A DNA stretch of 64,000 nt from an uncultured Spirochaetota bacterium (GTDB taxonomy: Bacteria; Spirochaetota; Spirochaetia; SZUA-6; Fen-1364). The translations under genes and the position numbers were made by a program. The first letter of the stretch is position 1; every line of letters starts with the position of its first letter. The DNA is taken from assembly GCA_963745235.1 (NCBI GenBank), contig CAVUXE010000035.1, positions 96,001 to 160,000 on the forward strand, in the 5' to 3' direction. Of the stretch, positions 39,464 through 49,481 are shown piece by piece. The notes below the pieces were generated by a model. It made no database searches. It had not been told where the DNA came from and saw nothing but the letters and a program-made list of their open reading frames with translations.

Positions 39464-39490
39464 TCAAGGACCGCACCAGTCTTCCGATAA
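39464..39490 (+). promoter_or_regulatory. sigma28-like promoter of the flg operon
   Basis: TCAA-N15-TCCGATAA upstream of flgF. Confidence 0.6.
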
Positions 39491-39544
39491 TGAGGAAGGG
39501 GAGAAGGACGCAGCGGGCCCCCATGGCTGCTGCAGGAGGTATCC

Positions 39545-40393
39545 GTGGTTCGTGGGCTGTACACGGGCGCAAGCGGGATGGTTGTCCAGATGAACCGCAT
39601 GGACGAGATTGCCAACAATCTCGCCAATGTGGATCTCAACGGTTACAAGAAGGACACCGCCATCGAGAAGGCTTTCCCCGAGATGCTGATGCGGCGAATG
39701 AACGACGACGCTGTCTATAAGTTCCCGATGGGATCCGTCGATTCTTCGCCGATCGTGGGCACCATCGGCACCGGCGTGGAGACAAACGAGGTTTACACGA
39801 ACTTTGCCCAGGGGCCGATGAAGCAGACGGAAAACGACTTCGACATGGCCCTCGATGGTGACGGCTTTTTCACGGTCCAGACCCCCCAGGGGGAGCGGCT
39901 CACCCGCAATGGCGCATTCCTTGTAAACAAGGACGGCTACCTGGTCACCAAGAGCGGGGACTACGTGCTCGGGGAGAACGGTCCCATCAAGCTGAAGAAG
40001 AACAACTTCGTGGTGGACCAGGACGGCACGGTGTGGCAGAACGCCACCTTCGCGGCGGACGACAAACGCCTCGTCTCCCAGCAGGAAAACCAGTGGGAGA
40101 ACATCGAGAAGGTGGATCGCCTGCGCGTCGTCGACGTCACCCGCAAGAGATACCTGCAGAAGCAGGGGAACTCGTACTGGCGGACCACGGACGAATCCGG
40201 GCCCGCGGACATCATTGGGCCCGACGCCCGGCCGAAGGTGCGCCAGGGCTTCCTGGAGGGCGCGAACGTGAACGCCGTCACCGAGATGGTGGAGATGATC
40301 GAGGTGAACCGCGCATACGACGCGAACCAGCGCACGGTACAGACGGAAGATTCCCTGATCGGAAAGCTCTGGAATGAGGTGGTGAGAGTATGA
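39545..40393 (+). CDS. flgF: Flagellar basal-body rod protein FlgF/FlhO
   Basis: IANNLAN, TRNGAF, QGFLEGANVN. Confidence 0.85.
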   Translation: MVRGLYTGASGMVVQMNRMDEIANNLANVDLNGYKKDTAIEKAFPEMLMRRMNDDAVYKFPMGSVDSSPIVGTIGTGVETNEVYTNFAQGPMKQTENDFDMALDGDGFFTVQTPQGERLTRNGAFLVNKDGYLVTKSGDYVLGENGPIKLKKNNFVVDQDGTVWQNATFAADDKRLVSQQENQWENIEKVDRLRVVDVTRKRYLQKQGNSYWRTTDESGPADIIGPDARPKVRQGFLEGANVNAVTEMVEMIEVNRAYDANQRTVQTEDSLIGKLWNEVVRV

Positions 40394-41184
40394 TGCGATC
40401 ACTGTGGACAGCTGCGTCGGGCATGACCGGCCAGCAGTTCAACATAGACACGATTTCCAACAACCTGGCCAACGTGAACACCACGGGGTTCAAGCAGATG
40501 CGGCCGGATTTTGAAGACCTGCTGTACCAGACCGAACGACTGGCAGGCACGCCCGCCACCGAGGCCACGGTGGTGCCCACCGGCGTCCAGGTGGGTCATG
40601 GTGTCCGCCCGGCGGCAACACAGAAGATCTTCACCCAGGGCGCGCTGCAGCAAACGGGCAACCCTTCCGACATCGCCATCGAGGGTGATGGGTTCTTCCG
40701 CGTGCTGCAGTACGACGGAACCTATGGCTACACCAGGGACGGGTCGTTCAAGATCGACTCAAACGGCCAGCTTGTCACATCGGGCGGCTACAAGCTCCTG
40801 CCCGAAGTCGTGCTCCCTGAGGGGTTCGTCAACGACAGCCTGACGATATCCCAGGACGGACGGATCACCGTGAAGGTGGCAGGCAGTGACGATCCGGTGG
40901 ACGTTGGACAGCTGGAGATCTATCGCTTCGTCAACCCGGCGGGGCTGGAGTCGATTGGCGAGAACCTGATGAAGCTGACAAACGCTTCCGGTGACCCGAT
41001 CCCAGGCCGGCCGGGCTTCGATGGAATGGGCAAGACATTGCAGAGGTTCCTGGAGATGTCCAACGTTTCCGTGGTCAGGGAAATGGTCAACATGATAGTG
41101 GCCCAGAGGGCGTACGAGCTGAACTCCCGGGCAATCCAGACTTCCGACTCGATGCTCGCAACCGCCACGTCGTTGAAGCGGTAA
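40390..41184 (+). CDS. flgG: Flagellar distal rod protein
   Basis: ISNNLANVNTTGFK, YTRDGSF, LEMSNV, QRAYELNS. Confidence 0.95.
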   Translation: MMRSLWTAASGMTGQQFNIDTISNNLANVNTTGFKQMRPDFEDLLYQTERLAGTPATEATVVPTGVQVGHGVRPAATQKIFTQGALQQTGNPSDIAIEGDGFFRVLQYDGTYGYTRDGSFKIDSNGQLVTSGGYKLLPEVVLPEGFVNDSLTISQDGRITVKVAGSDDPVDVGQLEIYRFVNPAGLESIGENLMKLTNASGDPIPGRPGFDGMGKTLQRFLEMSNVSVVREMVNMIVAQRAYELNSRAIQTSDSMLATATSLKR

Positions 41185-41193
41185 CGGCACGCC

Positions 41194-41964
41194 ATGAGAC
41201 GCGCGCGGCGCCTCTTCGCGCTTCTCGGGTTGCTCCTCCTGGCAGCAGCGGCTGTTGAAGCGGGCGGAGTCACCATCTACGTCCAGCGTGTCCTGGTCAC
41301 CGACCCTGGTGACATCCGCCTGGGAGACCTGGTGCAGCCCGCCGGCGACACCCCTGCTGCCGCCGGGGAAACACTTGCGCTGAATGTCGCCACACTCTCC
41401 AATCACCTCCTCTACATACCCTCCCGCTCCTACATGGACAGCGTTGTGGGCGCCTTCGGACGTGACTCCATCTTCGTAGGGTCACGGAGTCTCGTGATCC
41501 CGCGCGGTCTCCTCCCGGACAACGAAGTCCCGCTCATGGACAAGCTCGTGGATTTTCTGAGCTCCTCCGGCGTGCTTGCAAACGATGTCGCGGACATAGA
41601 GCTTCGGACCGTACAGCTGATCGGAACCCTTCCCGCAAACGTTTCACCTTCGTTCCAGCTCGTGAGATCGTCGCGAGGGGGGGCCGTCGAGGTCTCGTAT
41701 ACGGCGAGCGGTGACGGCGGGCAGGCGAGCGGCAGGATCATCCTGGCGATGCAGGGAGACCCGCGCTCGGCGACGGCGGACGTTCGTGCGAGCGATCCTG
41801 TGCGCATTGTCTTTCACAGGGGACCCATCACCATTGAGACGCAGGGCAAGGCGCTGGGCGCCGCGGCGGTGGGTGAGACGGTGAACGTGCTGGTGACTGA
41901 CAGCCGCAAGAGCTTCTCCGGCAGGCTGCTGGCAGGGAAGGCGGTGGATGTTGAGCTTCCGTAG
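41194..41964 (+). CDS. flgA: P-ring assembly chaperone FlgA-like
   Basis: Signal peptide; C-terminal GKAL..A.VGETV.V; position between flgG and flgI. Confidence 0.7.
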   Translation: MRRARRLFALLGLLLLAAAAVEAGGVTIYVQRVLVTDPGDIRLGDLVQPAGDTPAAAGETLALNVATLSNHLLYIPSRSYMDSVVGAFGRDSIFVGSRSLVIPRGLLPDNEVPLMDKLVDFLSSSGVLANDVADIELRTVQLIGTLPANVSPSFQLVRSSRGGAVEVSYTASGDGGQASGRIILAMQGDPRSATADVRASDPVRIVFHRGPITIETQGKALGAAAVGETVNVLVTDSRKSFSGRLLAGKAVDVELP

Positions 41965-42967
41965 AGCGTTGACCGTCAGCCTCCTCATGATGGGCGCCCT
42001 GGCGGCAGCCTGCGCGGCCCCGGTGGTCCGCATCAAGGACATTGCCTCAATCCAGGGCGTGCGGGGAAACCAGGTGCTGGGACTCGGGCTCGTGAGCGGA
42101 CTGAACGGGAAAGGGGATTCCTCGAGCGCTCCTCTCCTGCGTACGACAGTCTCTTCGCTTGTGGCGAGCTTTGGAGTCTCCTTGTCGCCGCAGGATGTTC
42201 GAAGCAAGAACGCGGCGGTGGTGATGGTGAGCGCGGAGCTGCCCGCCTTCGCCAGGTCGGGTGACCGCATCGATGTGATCGTTTCCAGTATTGGCGATGC
42301 GCGCGATCTGGACGGCGGGATACTCCTGCAGACCAACCTGCAGGCGGCCAATGGCCAGGTCTATGCGGTGGCGCAGGGGCGTGTAACCACGTCCCAGGAC
42401 CCCGCGGCAGCCAGGACCGTGGGGGCCGTCTCGCAGGGAGCGATCGTGGAAAAGGACGTCGTCTCCCAGTACCAGGCGAACAATGTCGTCTCGATACTCC
42501 TGCACAATCCGGACTTCGTCACCGCGAGCGCGGTCCAGAAGGCAATCAGCGGTGCTTTCAGCGGCATCACGGTGAACAGCCGCGACCCGTCGCTCATCGA
42601 GGTGCAGATCCCGCAGGACAGGAGGTCTGACCCCGTCGGGTTCCTGGCTCAGCTGGAGGCGCTCACGGTGACTCCGGACACGGTGGGACGCGTCGTGATA
42701 GACTCCGCAAGCGGCGTGATCGTCATGGGAGAGAAGGTCCGAATCGGGAAGGTTGCGGTGTCCTATCGAACCACGCGGGTCACCGTGGGCGCCGCGGCGG
42801 GCGGTCCTTCGGCAAATCCGGACCTGTTCGTCATCGGGGACACGACGACTGTCGACGATTTTGTTTCTGCCCTCAAGGGCGTGGGGCTCAAGGCCGACGT
42901 GATAATAGGCGTGCTCCAGGCGGTGGAGAAGGCGGGTGCCCTTTTTGGCACTCTCGTGGTAATGTAG
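41948..42967 (+). CDS. flgI: Flagellar P-ring protein
   Basis: RIKDI, GLVSGLNGKGD, KNAAVVMV, SSIGDA..L.GG.L. Confidence 0.92.
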   Translation: MLSFRRALTVSLLMMGALAAACAAPVVRIKDIASIQGVRGNQVLGLGLVSGLNGKGDSSSAPLLRTTVSSLVASFGVSLSPQDVRSKNAAVVMVSAELPAFARSGDRIDVIVSSIGDARDLDGGILLQTNLQAANGQVYAVAQGRVTTSQDPAAARTVGAVSQGAIVEKDVVSQYQANNVVSILLHNPDFVTASAVQKAISGAFSGITVNSRDPSLIEVQIPQDRRSDPVGFLAQLEALTVTPDTVGRVVIDSASGVIVMGEKVRIGKVAVSYRTTRVTVGAAAGGPSANPDLFVIGDTTTVDDFVSALKGVGLKADVIIGVLQAVEKAGALFGTLVVM

Positions 42968-42981
42968 ACGGGGACTGAACA

Positions 42982-43284
42982 ATGCAGAGCATCAACCTGA
43001 CAAACTTGCATCCCTATCCGGTCGACACTGCCCGCGCCGGGCGACCGGCGGTGGACAAGCACAGCGAGCTGTACAAGGCGAGCGTGGATTTCGAGTCGCT
43101 TTTCATCCGGCAGATGCTGGAAGTCATGCGTAAGACCATCCACCGCGAAGACGACCTGCTGAACGGCGGGATGACTCAGGACGTTTTCGAAGGAATGCTG
43201 TATGATGAGTACGCGAAGAAGATGGCTGAGACCGCAGGGTTCGGGCTTGCGGACACCATCTATCGTCAGCTATCATCAAAATAA
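42982..43284 (+). CDS. flgJ: Single-domain rod-binding protein FlgJ
   Basis: FESLFIRQML..MRKT, MLYDEYA, GLAD.IYRQL. Confidence 0.85.
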   Translation: MQSINLTNLHPYPVDTARAGRPAVDKHSELYKASVDFESLFIRQMLEVMRKTIHREDDLLNGGMTQDVFEGMLYDEYAKKMAETAGFGLADTIYRQLSSK

Positions 43285-43401
43285 TACGGACGAAGTGTAC
43301 TAGAAATCATACAAAACGCTGTTGAGCAGCCCGTGGAACGGTTACAGTATATCATCTCATTATATCGTAAACAATTACGGAACATTTATTAGTTTTCGCA
43401 T

Positions 43402-43416
43402 TGGCACGCTACTTGC
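43402..43416 (+). promoter_or_regulatory. sigma54 -24/-12 promoter
   Basis: TGGCACGCTACTTGC matches consensus TGGCACG-N4-TTGC, in an AT-rich intergenic region. Confidence 0.85.
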
Positions 43417-43434
43417 TTATTTATCATCCAGGAG

Positions 43435-44286
43435 ATGTCAATGAGCAAGAGGCGGGAGGCAACATCTTCCTTTGAGGACAACCTCAAAGCCTATTTCAAC
43501 CAGATCAAGAAGGCCCGGCTCCTGACCTTCGAAGAGGAGTTGGATCTTTCTCGACGGATACAGAAGGGCGATGAGAGCGCCCGCCGGCTTCTCATTGAGT
43601 CGAATCTCCGTCTCGTTGTCCGAATCGCCAAGAACTACCTGACCCCTGAGGTCTCCATCCTGGACCTCATCCAGGAGGGAAACATCGGCCTCATGAGGGC
43701 CGTGTCGAAGTACGATTTCAGGAAGAAGGTCAGGTTCAGCACGTATGCATCGTGGTGGATCAAGCAATCCATTGTGAGATCCCTGTCCAACAAGAAGAGG
43801 GTGATCCGTCTCCCCCACAGGCAGGAAGAGAAGCTTCGCAAGATCAACAAGGTCTACAACAATCTCTCGCAGGTGCTCATGCGGGAGCCGACCCTGGTGG
43901 AGATTGCGGGGGAGATCGGCCTGGAGGAAGAGGAGGTCGCCTCCATCATCAATTCATCCGGCTCCGTGGCGTCCCTGGATTCTTCCATCTCCCCGGATTC
44001 CGGCAGCCTCCACGACATAGTGGAGGACATGTCCTTCAATCCCGACCGGGAGCTGATGCGGAAAACCCTCCGTGAGGACACCCTCAAGTTCCTCGACGGA
44101 TTGCAGGAGAAGGAGCGCCGCATCCTTCTCTACCGCTTCTCCTTTGTGAGCGGAAGGCGTCATACACTCAAGAAGATAGGCGATGAGCTGGGCATCTCGC
44201 CGGAAACAGTGCGACAAATAGAGATCCGGGCCCTCAAGAAACTCAGAAGCTTCTCCGAAGAGCTGAAGGAGTATGTCTACAGTTGA
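43435..44286 (+). CDS. rpoS: RpoS-like sigma factor
   Basis: NLRLVVRIAK, DLIQEGNIGL, FSTYASWWIKQ, TLKKIG...SPETVRQIE; Borrelia-like synteny. Confidence 0.8.
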   Translation: MSMSKRREATSSFEDNLKAYFNQIKKARLLTFEEELDLSRRIQKGDESARRLLIESNLRLVVRIAKNYLTPEVSILDLIQEGNIGLMRAVSKYDFRKKVRFSTYASWWIKQSIVRSLSNKKRVIRLPHRQEEKLRKINKVYNNLSQVLMREPTLVEIAGEIGLEEEEVASIINSSGSVASLDSSISPDSGSLHDIVEDMSFNPDRELMRKTLREDTLKFLDGLQEKERRILLYRFSFVSGRRHTLKKIGDELGISPETVRQIEIRALKKLRSFSEELKEYVYS

Positions 44287-44302
44287 CGCTTCGGAGTAGC
44301 GC

Positions 44303-45247
44303 GTGCGCCGACGCTCTTCGCACGCGCTCAGGATAGCCGCAGTCATAGTTACTCTCGCGGTCGCCGGCATCGCTGCCGTCCTCATTGCCTTTCTGCCCTC
44401 ATCAGCCGCTTCGGTTGCGGGTACCACGGTGGCCTCAGGATCCTCCGGCAGCTCGGGAGCGCAGGCCGCCCCGCCCCGGCCCCGGCGGGATACGCCGGCC
44501 AGCGAGCCAGTGGCCCCTCCGATCCACATCGAGCCGCAGGGAAAACTGGCGGTGATCCTTGACGATGCCGGCTACAGCCTTACGGAGCTCCAACCCTTCC
44601 TGGAGCTGCCGGGTCCGCTGACGGTTGCCGTTCTTCCCGATTTGCCGCACAGCGCGGAAGCGGCCCGGCGTGTGCTTGCCGCGGGAAAAGACCTGATCCT
44701 CCACTGCCCCATGGAAGCGGATGGAGATGAGGATCCCGGGCCCGGGGCGCTTCGCGTCGGGATGTCGGAAGAGCAGATCGACAGGATTCTTTCAGAGGAC
44801 TTTGCCTCCGTTCCGGGGGCAGTCGGAATGAACAACCATATGGGTTCACGGGCTACGGCTGACCCCGCCCTGATGGAGACGGTCCTGGGCTATCTCAAAC
44901 GGGAGGGTTTGTTCTTCGTGGACAGCAGGACCACTGCGGAAACCGTGGGGCCAGAGATTGCCCGGAGGCTCGGTGTGCCCTTCCTGCAGAGAAACCTGTT
45001 CATCGATGATGAGCGCAACGAAAAGTCCATCGCGGATGCGTTCAACGTGGGCGTGCGGGAAGCACGGACACGGGGGACGGCAGTCGTCATCGGGCATGTA
45101 CAGAACAAGGCAGTCCTGGATATACTGCGCACGGGGCGGAGAGAGTTGGCGGGGAACGGCGTCCGCCTGGCCCGCCTGGAAGAAATCATGAGCGAGACCC
45201 GGGTGGTCCAGCAGGGCCGGGATCGCACGGGAGCGCGCGTTTTTTGA
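44303..45247 (+). CDS. Divergent polysaccharide deacetylase family protein
   Basis: ILDDAG, LHCPME, NNHMGS, FVDSRT, VIGH. Confidence 0.9.
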   Translation: MRRRSSHALRIAAVIVTLAVAGIAAVLIAFLPSSAASVAGTTVASGSSGSSGAQAAPPRPRRDTPASEPVAPPIHIEPQGKLAVILDDAGYSLTELQPFLELPGPLTVAVLPDLPHSAEAARRVLAAGKDLILHCPMEADGDEDPGPGALRVGMSEEQIDRILSEDFASVPGAVGMNNHMGSRATADPALMETVLGYLKREGLFFVDSRTTAETVGPEIARRLGVPFLQRNLFIDDERNEKSIADAFNVGVREARTRGTAVVIGHVQNKAVLDILRTGRRELAGNGVRLARLEEIMSETRVVQQGRDRTGARVF

Positions 45248-46257
45248 AGGTTCTTGGCATTGAGAGCTCGTGTGATGAATGCTCGGCCGCGGTCGTGGAA
45301 GACGGCCGCCGTATCCTCAGCAACATTGTCCTGAGCCAGGTGGATTTTCACAGGCCTTTCTACGGGGTCGTTCCCGAAATAGCCTCGCGAAAGCACGTGG
45401 AATGGATCAGTCCGGTGGTGCAGGACGCGCTGTCCGCCGCCGGCGTTGCCGTGCGAGACATCGACGCCGTGGCGGTGACCTACCGGCCGGGGCTCATAGG
45501 CTCCCTCCTCGTTGGATTGTCCTTTGCAAAAGGGCTTGCCTGGGCGCTCGGGAAGCCGTTCGTCGGGGTGGACCATATCCTCGCCCACCTGTATGCGCCG
45601 CACCTGGAGAATGACATCCCCTATCCCTACCTCGGAGTGCTGGTATCCGGGGGGCACACGATCATTGCCAGGGTGGACGGGCACGATACGATGAGGGTTC
45701 TTGGCACCACGATCGATGATGCGTGCGGCGAAGCCTTTGACAAGGTTGCCAAGCACTACGGGATCGGCTTTCCCGGGGGCGTTGCCATCGACAAGCTTGC
45801 CAGGACCGGGGATTCACGGGCGTTCCGATTCCCGCATCCCATCCTCAACAAGGGAGAAGCGTTTTATGACGTCTCCTATTCGGGGCTGAAGACTGCCGTC
45901 ATACACCAGGCGGACCAGTTCTGGAATGGAAGCGCGGAAAAGAGCATAGCAAACATCGCGGCGTCCTTTCAGCGCGCCGCAATCGACATTCTGGTGGACA
46001 GGGCAATCGCGGCTGCCACGGACACAGGCTTGCGGCGCATCGTTGCGGGAGGCGGGGTGGCGGCCAACAGTTACCTGAGGCAGCGAATGGCGGCAGAGAA
46101 GGGTCTGGAAGTCATCTTCCCGAGCCTGGCTTTGTGCACGGACAATGCGGCTATGGTGGCGGGACTTGGTTATCACGCCCTGATGGATGGCACCGCATCC
46201 GACTTTTCGCTCAATGCCGAAGCCCGCGTGCCCGTCTTCAAGCGAAACTATCCGTAG
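45244..46257 (+). CDS. tsaD: t6A biosynthesis protein
   Basis: GIESSCDE, GVVPEIASRKH, H..AH, SGGHT, DDACGEAFDK, CTDNAAM. Confidence 0.95.
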   Translation: MKVLGIESSCDECSAAVVEDGRRILSNIVLSQVDFHRPFYGVVPEIASRKHVEWISPVVQDALSAAGVAVRDIDAVAVTYRPGLIGSLLVGLSFAKGLAWALGKPFVGVDHILAHLYAPHLENDIPYPYLGVLVSGGHTIIARVDGHDTMRVLGTTIDDACGEAFDKVAKHYGIGFPGGVAIDKLARTGDSRAFRFPHPILNKGEAFYDVSYSGLKTAVIHQADQFWNGSAEKSIANIAASFQRAAIDILVDRAIAAATDTGLRRIVAGGGVAANSYLRQRMAAEKGLEVIFPSLALCTDNAAMVAGLGYHALMDGTASDFSLNAEARVPVFKRNYP

Positions 46258-46321
46258 AAAGGACGGCGAGCCCGCAACGCTGCCGGAAGCGCAAGCTGCC
46301 CGAAGCGCAACGCCGTTTTAT

Positions 46322-46350
46322 TTGACAACACACACTCCCGCGAGTAGACT
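46322..46350 (+). promoter_or_regulatory. sigma70 promoter
   Basis: TTGACA-N17-TAGACT. Confidence 0.7.
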
Positions 46351-46369
46351 TCTGTAGCAGGAGCAGTGA

Positions 46370-46813
46370 ATGTACAACGTCCTGATACTCTGGGCGCCCG
46401 ATTCCGCCGAAACCCGCAAGGTTGTGGAGGTGGTTCGCGCAGCGTTCAACGAAGGGAAGTACAAAACCACGGTCAAGAAGGCTGATGAGTCGTCAATCGT
46501 TGACATCGCCGCCGCAGACGTCGTCATTTTCGGTCTCCAGAAGTCCTCCGCGGCGGAATTGCCGCCTGAGTACTCCGACCTGATGCGCGTGTTCAAAGGC
46601 GTGACCCTTGCCGGCAGGGCAGCCGGGGTTTTCTCCGTGGGAAGTGAGAAGGCCTCCGCAAAGATAAGAAAATCTCTCAAGGACACTGAAGTCGCGATCT
46701 TCGAAGAGGACCCGCTCTTTTCCAATGAAAAGTCGGAGAAGGTGTCAGAGGTCACCGAGTGGGCCAGAAAGCTTGCGGGGTTTTTCCAGGAAGTGAGGGG
46801 CGCTCGTGAATAG
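46370..46813 (+). CDS. Flavodoxin-like fold protein
   Basis: ADVVIFG, LAGRAAGVFS strand pattern; FMN loop degenerate. Confidence 0.6.
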   Translation: MYNVLILWAPDSAETRKVVEVVRAAFNEGKYKTTVKKADESSIVDIAAADVVIFGLQKSSAAELPPEYSDLMRVFKGVTLAGRAAGVFSVGSEKASAKIRKSLKDTEVAIFEEDPLFSNEKSEKVSEVTEWARKLAGFFQEVRGARE

Positions 46814-47339
46814 CATTCTGGATGCAGCCATCCGCAAGGTGCCAGACTTTCCGAAGCCCGGCGTTCTGTTCTACGATATTACCGGGATACTTGTTGATCC
46901 AAAAGCCTTCGCCTACTGCATCGACCGGATGACGGAGCTCTATGCGGGCCTGCCGGTGGACGGGGTGGCCGCCATCGAATCCCGCGGCTTCATTTTTGCC
47001 GCCCCCTATGCCCATCGAAGAGGGCTCCCGCTGATATTGTTGCGGAAGAAGGGAAAGCTTCCCGGTGAGACGTACCGCGTGGCGTTCTCCCTCGAGTATG
47101 GGGAGGACGTCCTGGAGGTCCACAAGAGCGATCTGCATGCGGGGCAGAAGCTCCTGCTTGTTGATGACTTGATCGCAACCGGTGGTACTCTGCGGGCGGC
47201 CGCCCAGCTCCTCGCAATGGGAGGCGCCAAAGTGACTTCGATCTTTGGCGTTGTCGGTCTGCCGTTTCTCCACTACGAGAAGTCCCTCGGAGACTTCGAG
47301 GTCAAGACGCTCATTCAGTACGACAACGAGTGCGGCTGA
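46806..47339 (+). CDS. apt: Adenine phosphoribosyltransferase
   Basis: PDFPKPGV.F.DIT, ESRGF, RKKGKLP, VDDLIATGGT. Confidence 0.95.
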   Translation: MNSILDAAIRKVPDFPKPGVLFYDITGILVDPKAFAYCIDRMTELYAGLPVDGVAAIESRGFIFAAPYAHRRGLPLILLRKKGKLPGETYRVAFSLEYGEDVLEVHKSDLHAGQKLLLVDDLIATGGTLRAAAQLLAMGGAKVTSIFGVVGLPFLHYEKSLGDFEVKTLIQYDNECG

Positions 47340-47348
47340 CGTCCGAGC

Positions 47349-48401
47349 TCAGCAGATTCGGGGCAGCAACAGGCCGCGCGGGAAATCCAGCAGGCGCTTT
47401 CCCCCGATGCTCGTCGTCATGATCACCGCGCCGGGGTTCCCAGAGGTGACTCTCCCAACGACCTTGGACTGACTTCCCAGGGCAAGCGACCTGAGGGCGC
47501 CGAGCGCCTTGTCCGCGGCTTCCGCGGCAACAAAGGCCACGAATACGCCCTCGTTCGCGATCTCAAGCGGATTGAGCCCCAGGAGGTCACAGACCGCCCT
47601 CACGTCCTGGTTGACGGGAAACTCGTCCTCTTCCACATCGATTCCCCAGGAAGCGCCAGAGGCGCCGAGGGAAGCGCCTACGACGCGCGGAGAAGCGCTT
47701 CCCACAACCTCGTTCAGCACAGCGGCCACCCCTCCGCGCGTCGCATCACGCATGAAATGAAGGGATTGACCCAGCGGGAACAGGGCGCTCGTCAGCGGAT
47801 AGAGGGAAGCCGCGTCGGAGCGCAGCGTGTCGCCGACAGGCAAAGACTCACGGGCCGCCAGGATGGTGATTCCATGAGCGCCCAGCGGGCCTGAGACGAT
47901 GATGGCATCTCCTGGTCTCACCGCGGACGGTGACAGGGCATGGGGGAAGACTCTGGTCCCGACCCCCGCGGTAGTCAGGAACAGCCCTCCGCCCTTGCCC
48001 TTGGGCACCACCTTGGTGTCCCCAGTGATAATGCGCGTTCCCGCTTCTTTGGCTGCTTCCGCTGCCGAGGCCAGGGCCCGTTGAAGCTGCGAGACAGGGA
48101 ACCCTTCCTCTATGACCATCGCCAGAGACAGGGAAATGGCCCGGGCGCCGCAGACGGCAAGATCGTTGCAGGTACCGAAGACGCACAACTTCCCGATGTC
48201 TCCTCCCGGGAAAAAGGGAGGGTCCACGACGTAACCGTCGGTTGTCAGGAGAAGCTCGGAGCCGGACGCAAGGGGAGTGGCGTCCGACAGCTCAGCATAG
48301 GCATCTGAGGCGAAAGCAGGGTAGATCACGGACTCCACCAGGTCCCGGGAGAGAGCACCTCCGCTGCCGTGCTCCAGCCTGATGAGCCCGTCCGCGCTCA
48401 T
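47349..48401 (-). CDS. hypE: Hydrogenase maturation protein
   Basis: HGSGG, GDTKVV, RDATRGG, ANEG, C-terminal PRIC. Confidence 0.95.
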   Translation of the reverse strand: MSADGLIRLEHGSGGALSRDLVESVIYPAFASDAYAELSDATPLASGSELLLTTDGYVVDPPFFPGGDIGKLCVFGTCNDLAVCGARAISLSLAMVIEEGFPVSQLQRALASAAEAAKEAGTRIITGDTKVVPKGKGGGLFLTTAGVGTRVFPHALSPSAVRPGDAIIVSGPLGAHGITILAARESLPVGDTLRSDAASLYPLTSALFPLGQSLHFMRDATRGGVAAVLNEVVGSASPRVVGASLGASGASWGIDVEEDEFPVNQDVRAVCDLLGLNPLEIANEGVFVAFVAAEAADKALGALRSLALGSQSKVVGRVTSGNPGAVIMTTSIGGKRLLDFPRGLLLPRIC

Positions 48402-49478
48402 TTGCGCGCACCGTAGCGGAAATAGGCGGCGCAGGTTCCTTCCGAAGACACCATGCAGGGACCCACGGGATCATCAGGGGTGCATTTCCTTCCGAACAGG
48501 ACGCACTGGGGAGGCTGTGCTTTACCGGCAATCACGCGCGCACAGATGCAGCCTGGCGCCTCGGCGTCCCGGGCGGGGGGAAGCCTGAAACGTTTTTCCG
48601 CGTCCATGCGCGCAAGCTCCGGACGAAGACCCAGGCCTCCTCCGGGAATGACCCCCAGTCCGCGCCAGACGTCGTTTCGTGGCTCGAGACTCTTCTCGAT
48701 GACGGCGAGTGCCCGCGGATTACCCTCTGGCTTCACTGCCCGGGGATAGGCATTCTCCACGCGTTTTTCGCCCTTGTCGATCTGCCGCGCGAGGAGGAGG
48801 ATGCCGAGGAGCATGTCCAGAGGCTCGAACCCGGTGATCACCCCGGGTCTCCCGCCGTCCGCGGTGAGGAAGCCGTACGCCTCCTCTCCAATGATGACAG
48901 ATACGTGCCCCGGCAGGATGAAACCGTCAATTCCATGGTCCGGGCTGGAAAGCAGAAACCGGAAGCGCCGGAGGAACGGTCTTGAACGCCGTGTAGAAAA
49001 GAAGGTTCTCGACACCCTGCTCCTGCGCTTGGAAAAGGGTCGATACCACGGTCGGAATGGTGGTCTCGAATCCGACCGCGAGGAACACGACGGGCAGGGA
49101 AGAACGCTTTGCTATCTGGAGCAGCTCAGAGGGCGAATAGACGAGCTTCACGAGGTCTCGACCGGAAAGAGAGCTCAGCGCCCGGCCGCTTGTCCCCGGG
49201 ACTTTCAGCATGTCCCCGAAGGTCGCGATGACAGCCTGTCCGGACTCTGCAAGGGAAAGGGCATTGTCCACGTATCCGGCCGGGGTAACGCACACGGGGC
49301 ATCCGGGACCCGAGATGAGGTTGATTGCGGAGGGCAGCAGAGACTGGACGCCCTTGCGCCGCAGCTCCACAGTGTGTGTGCCGCACACCTCCATGAGGGA
49401 AAGCGGCCTCCCGATCCTGCGGACGCTCGTTTCGATCTCGGAGACCATGTCGGCAGCAAGCTGCTTCTCGTCATTCAT
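48398..49478 (-). CDS. hypD: Hydrogenase maturation protein (frameshift near 48965)
   Basis: MEVCGTHT, GPGCPVCV, GFETT, PGHVS, GPCMVSSEGTC. Confidence 0.92.
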
Positions 49479-49481
49479 CGC

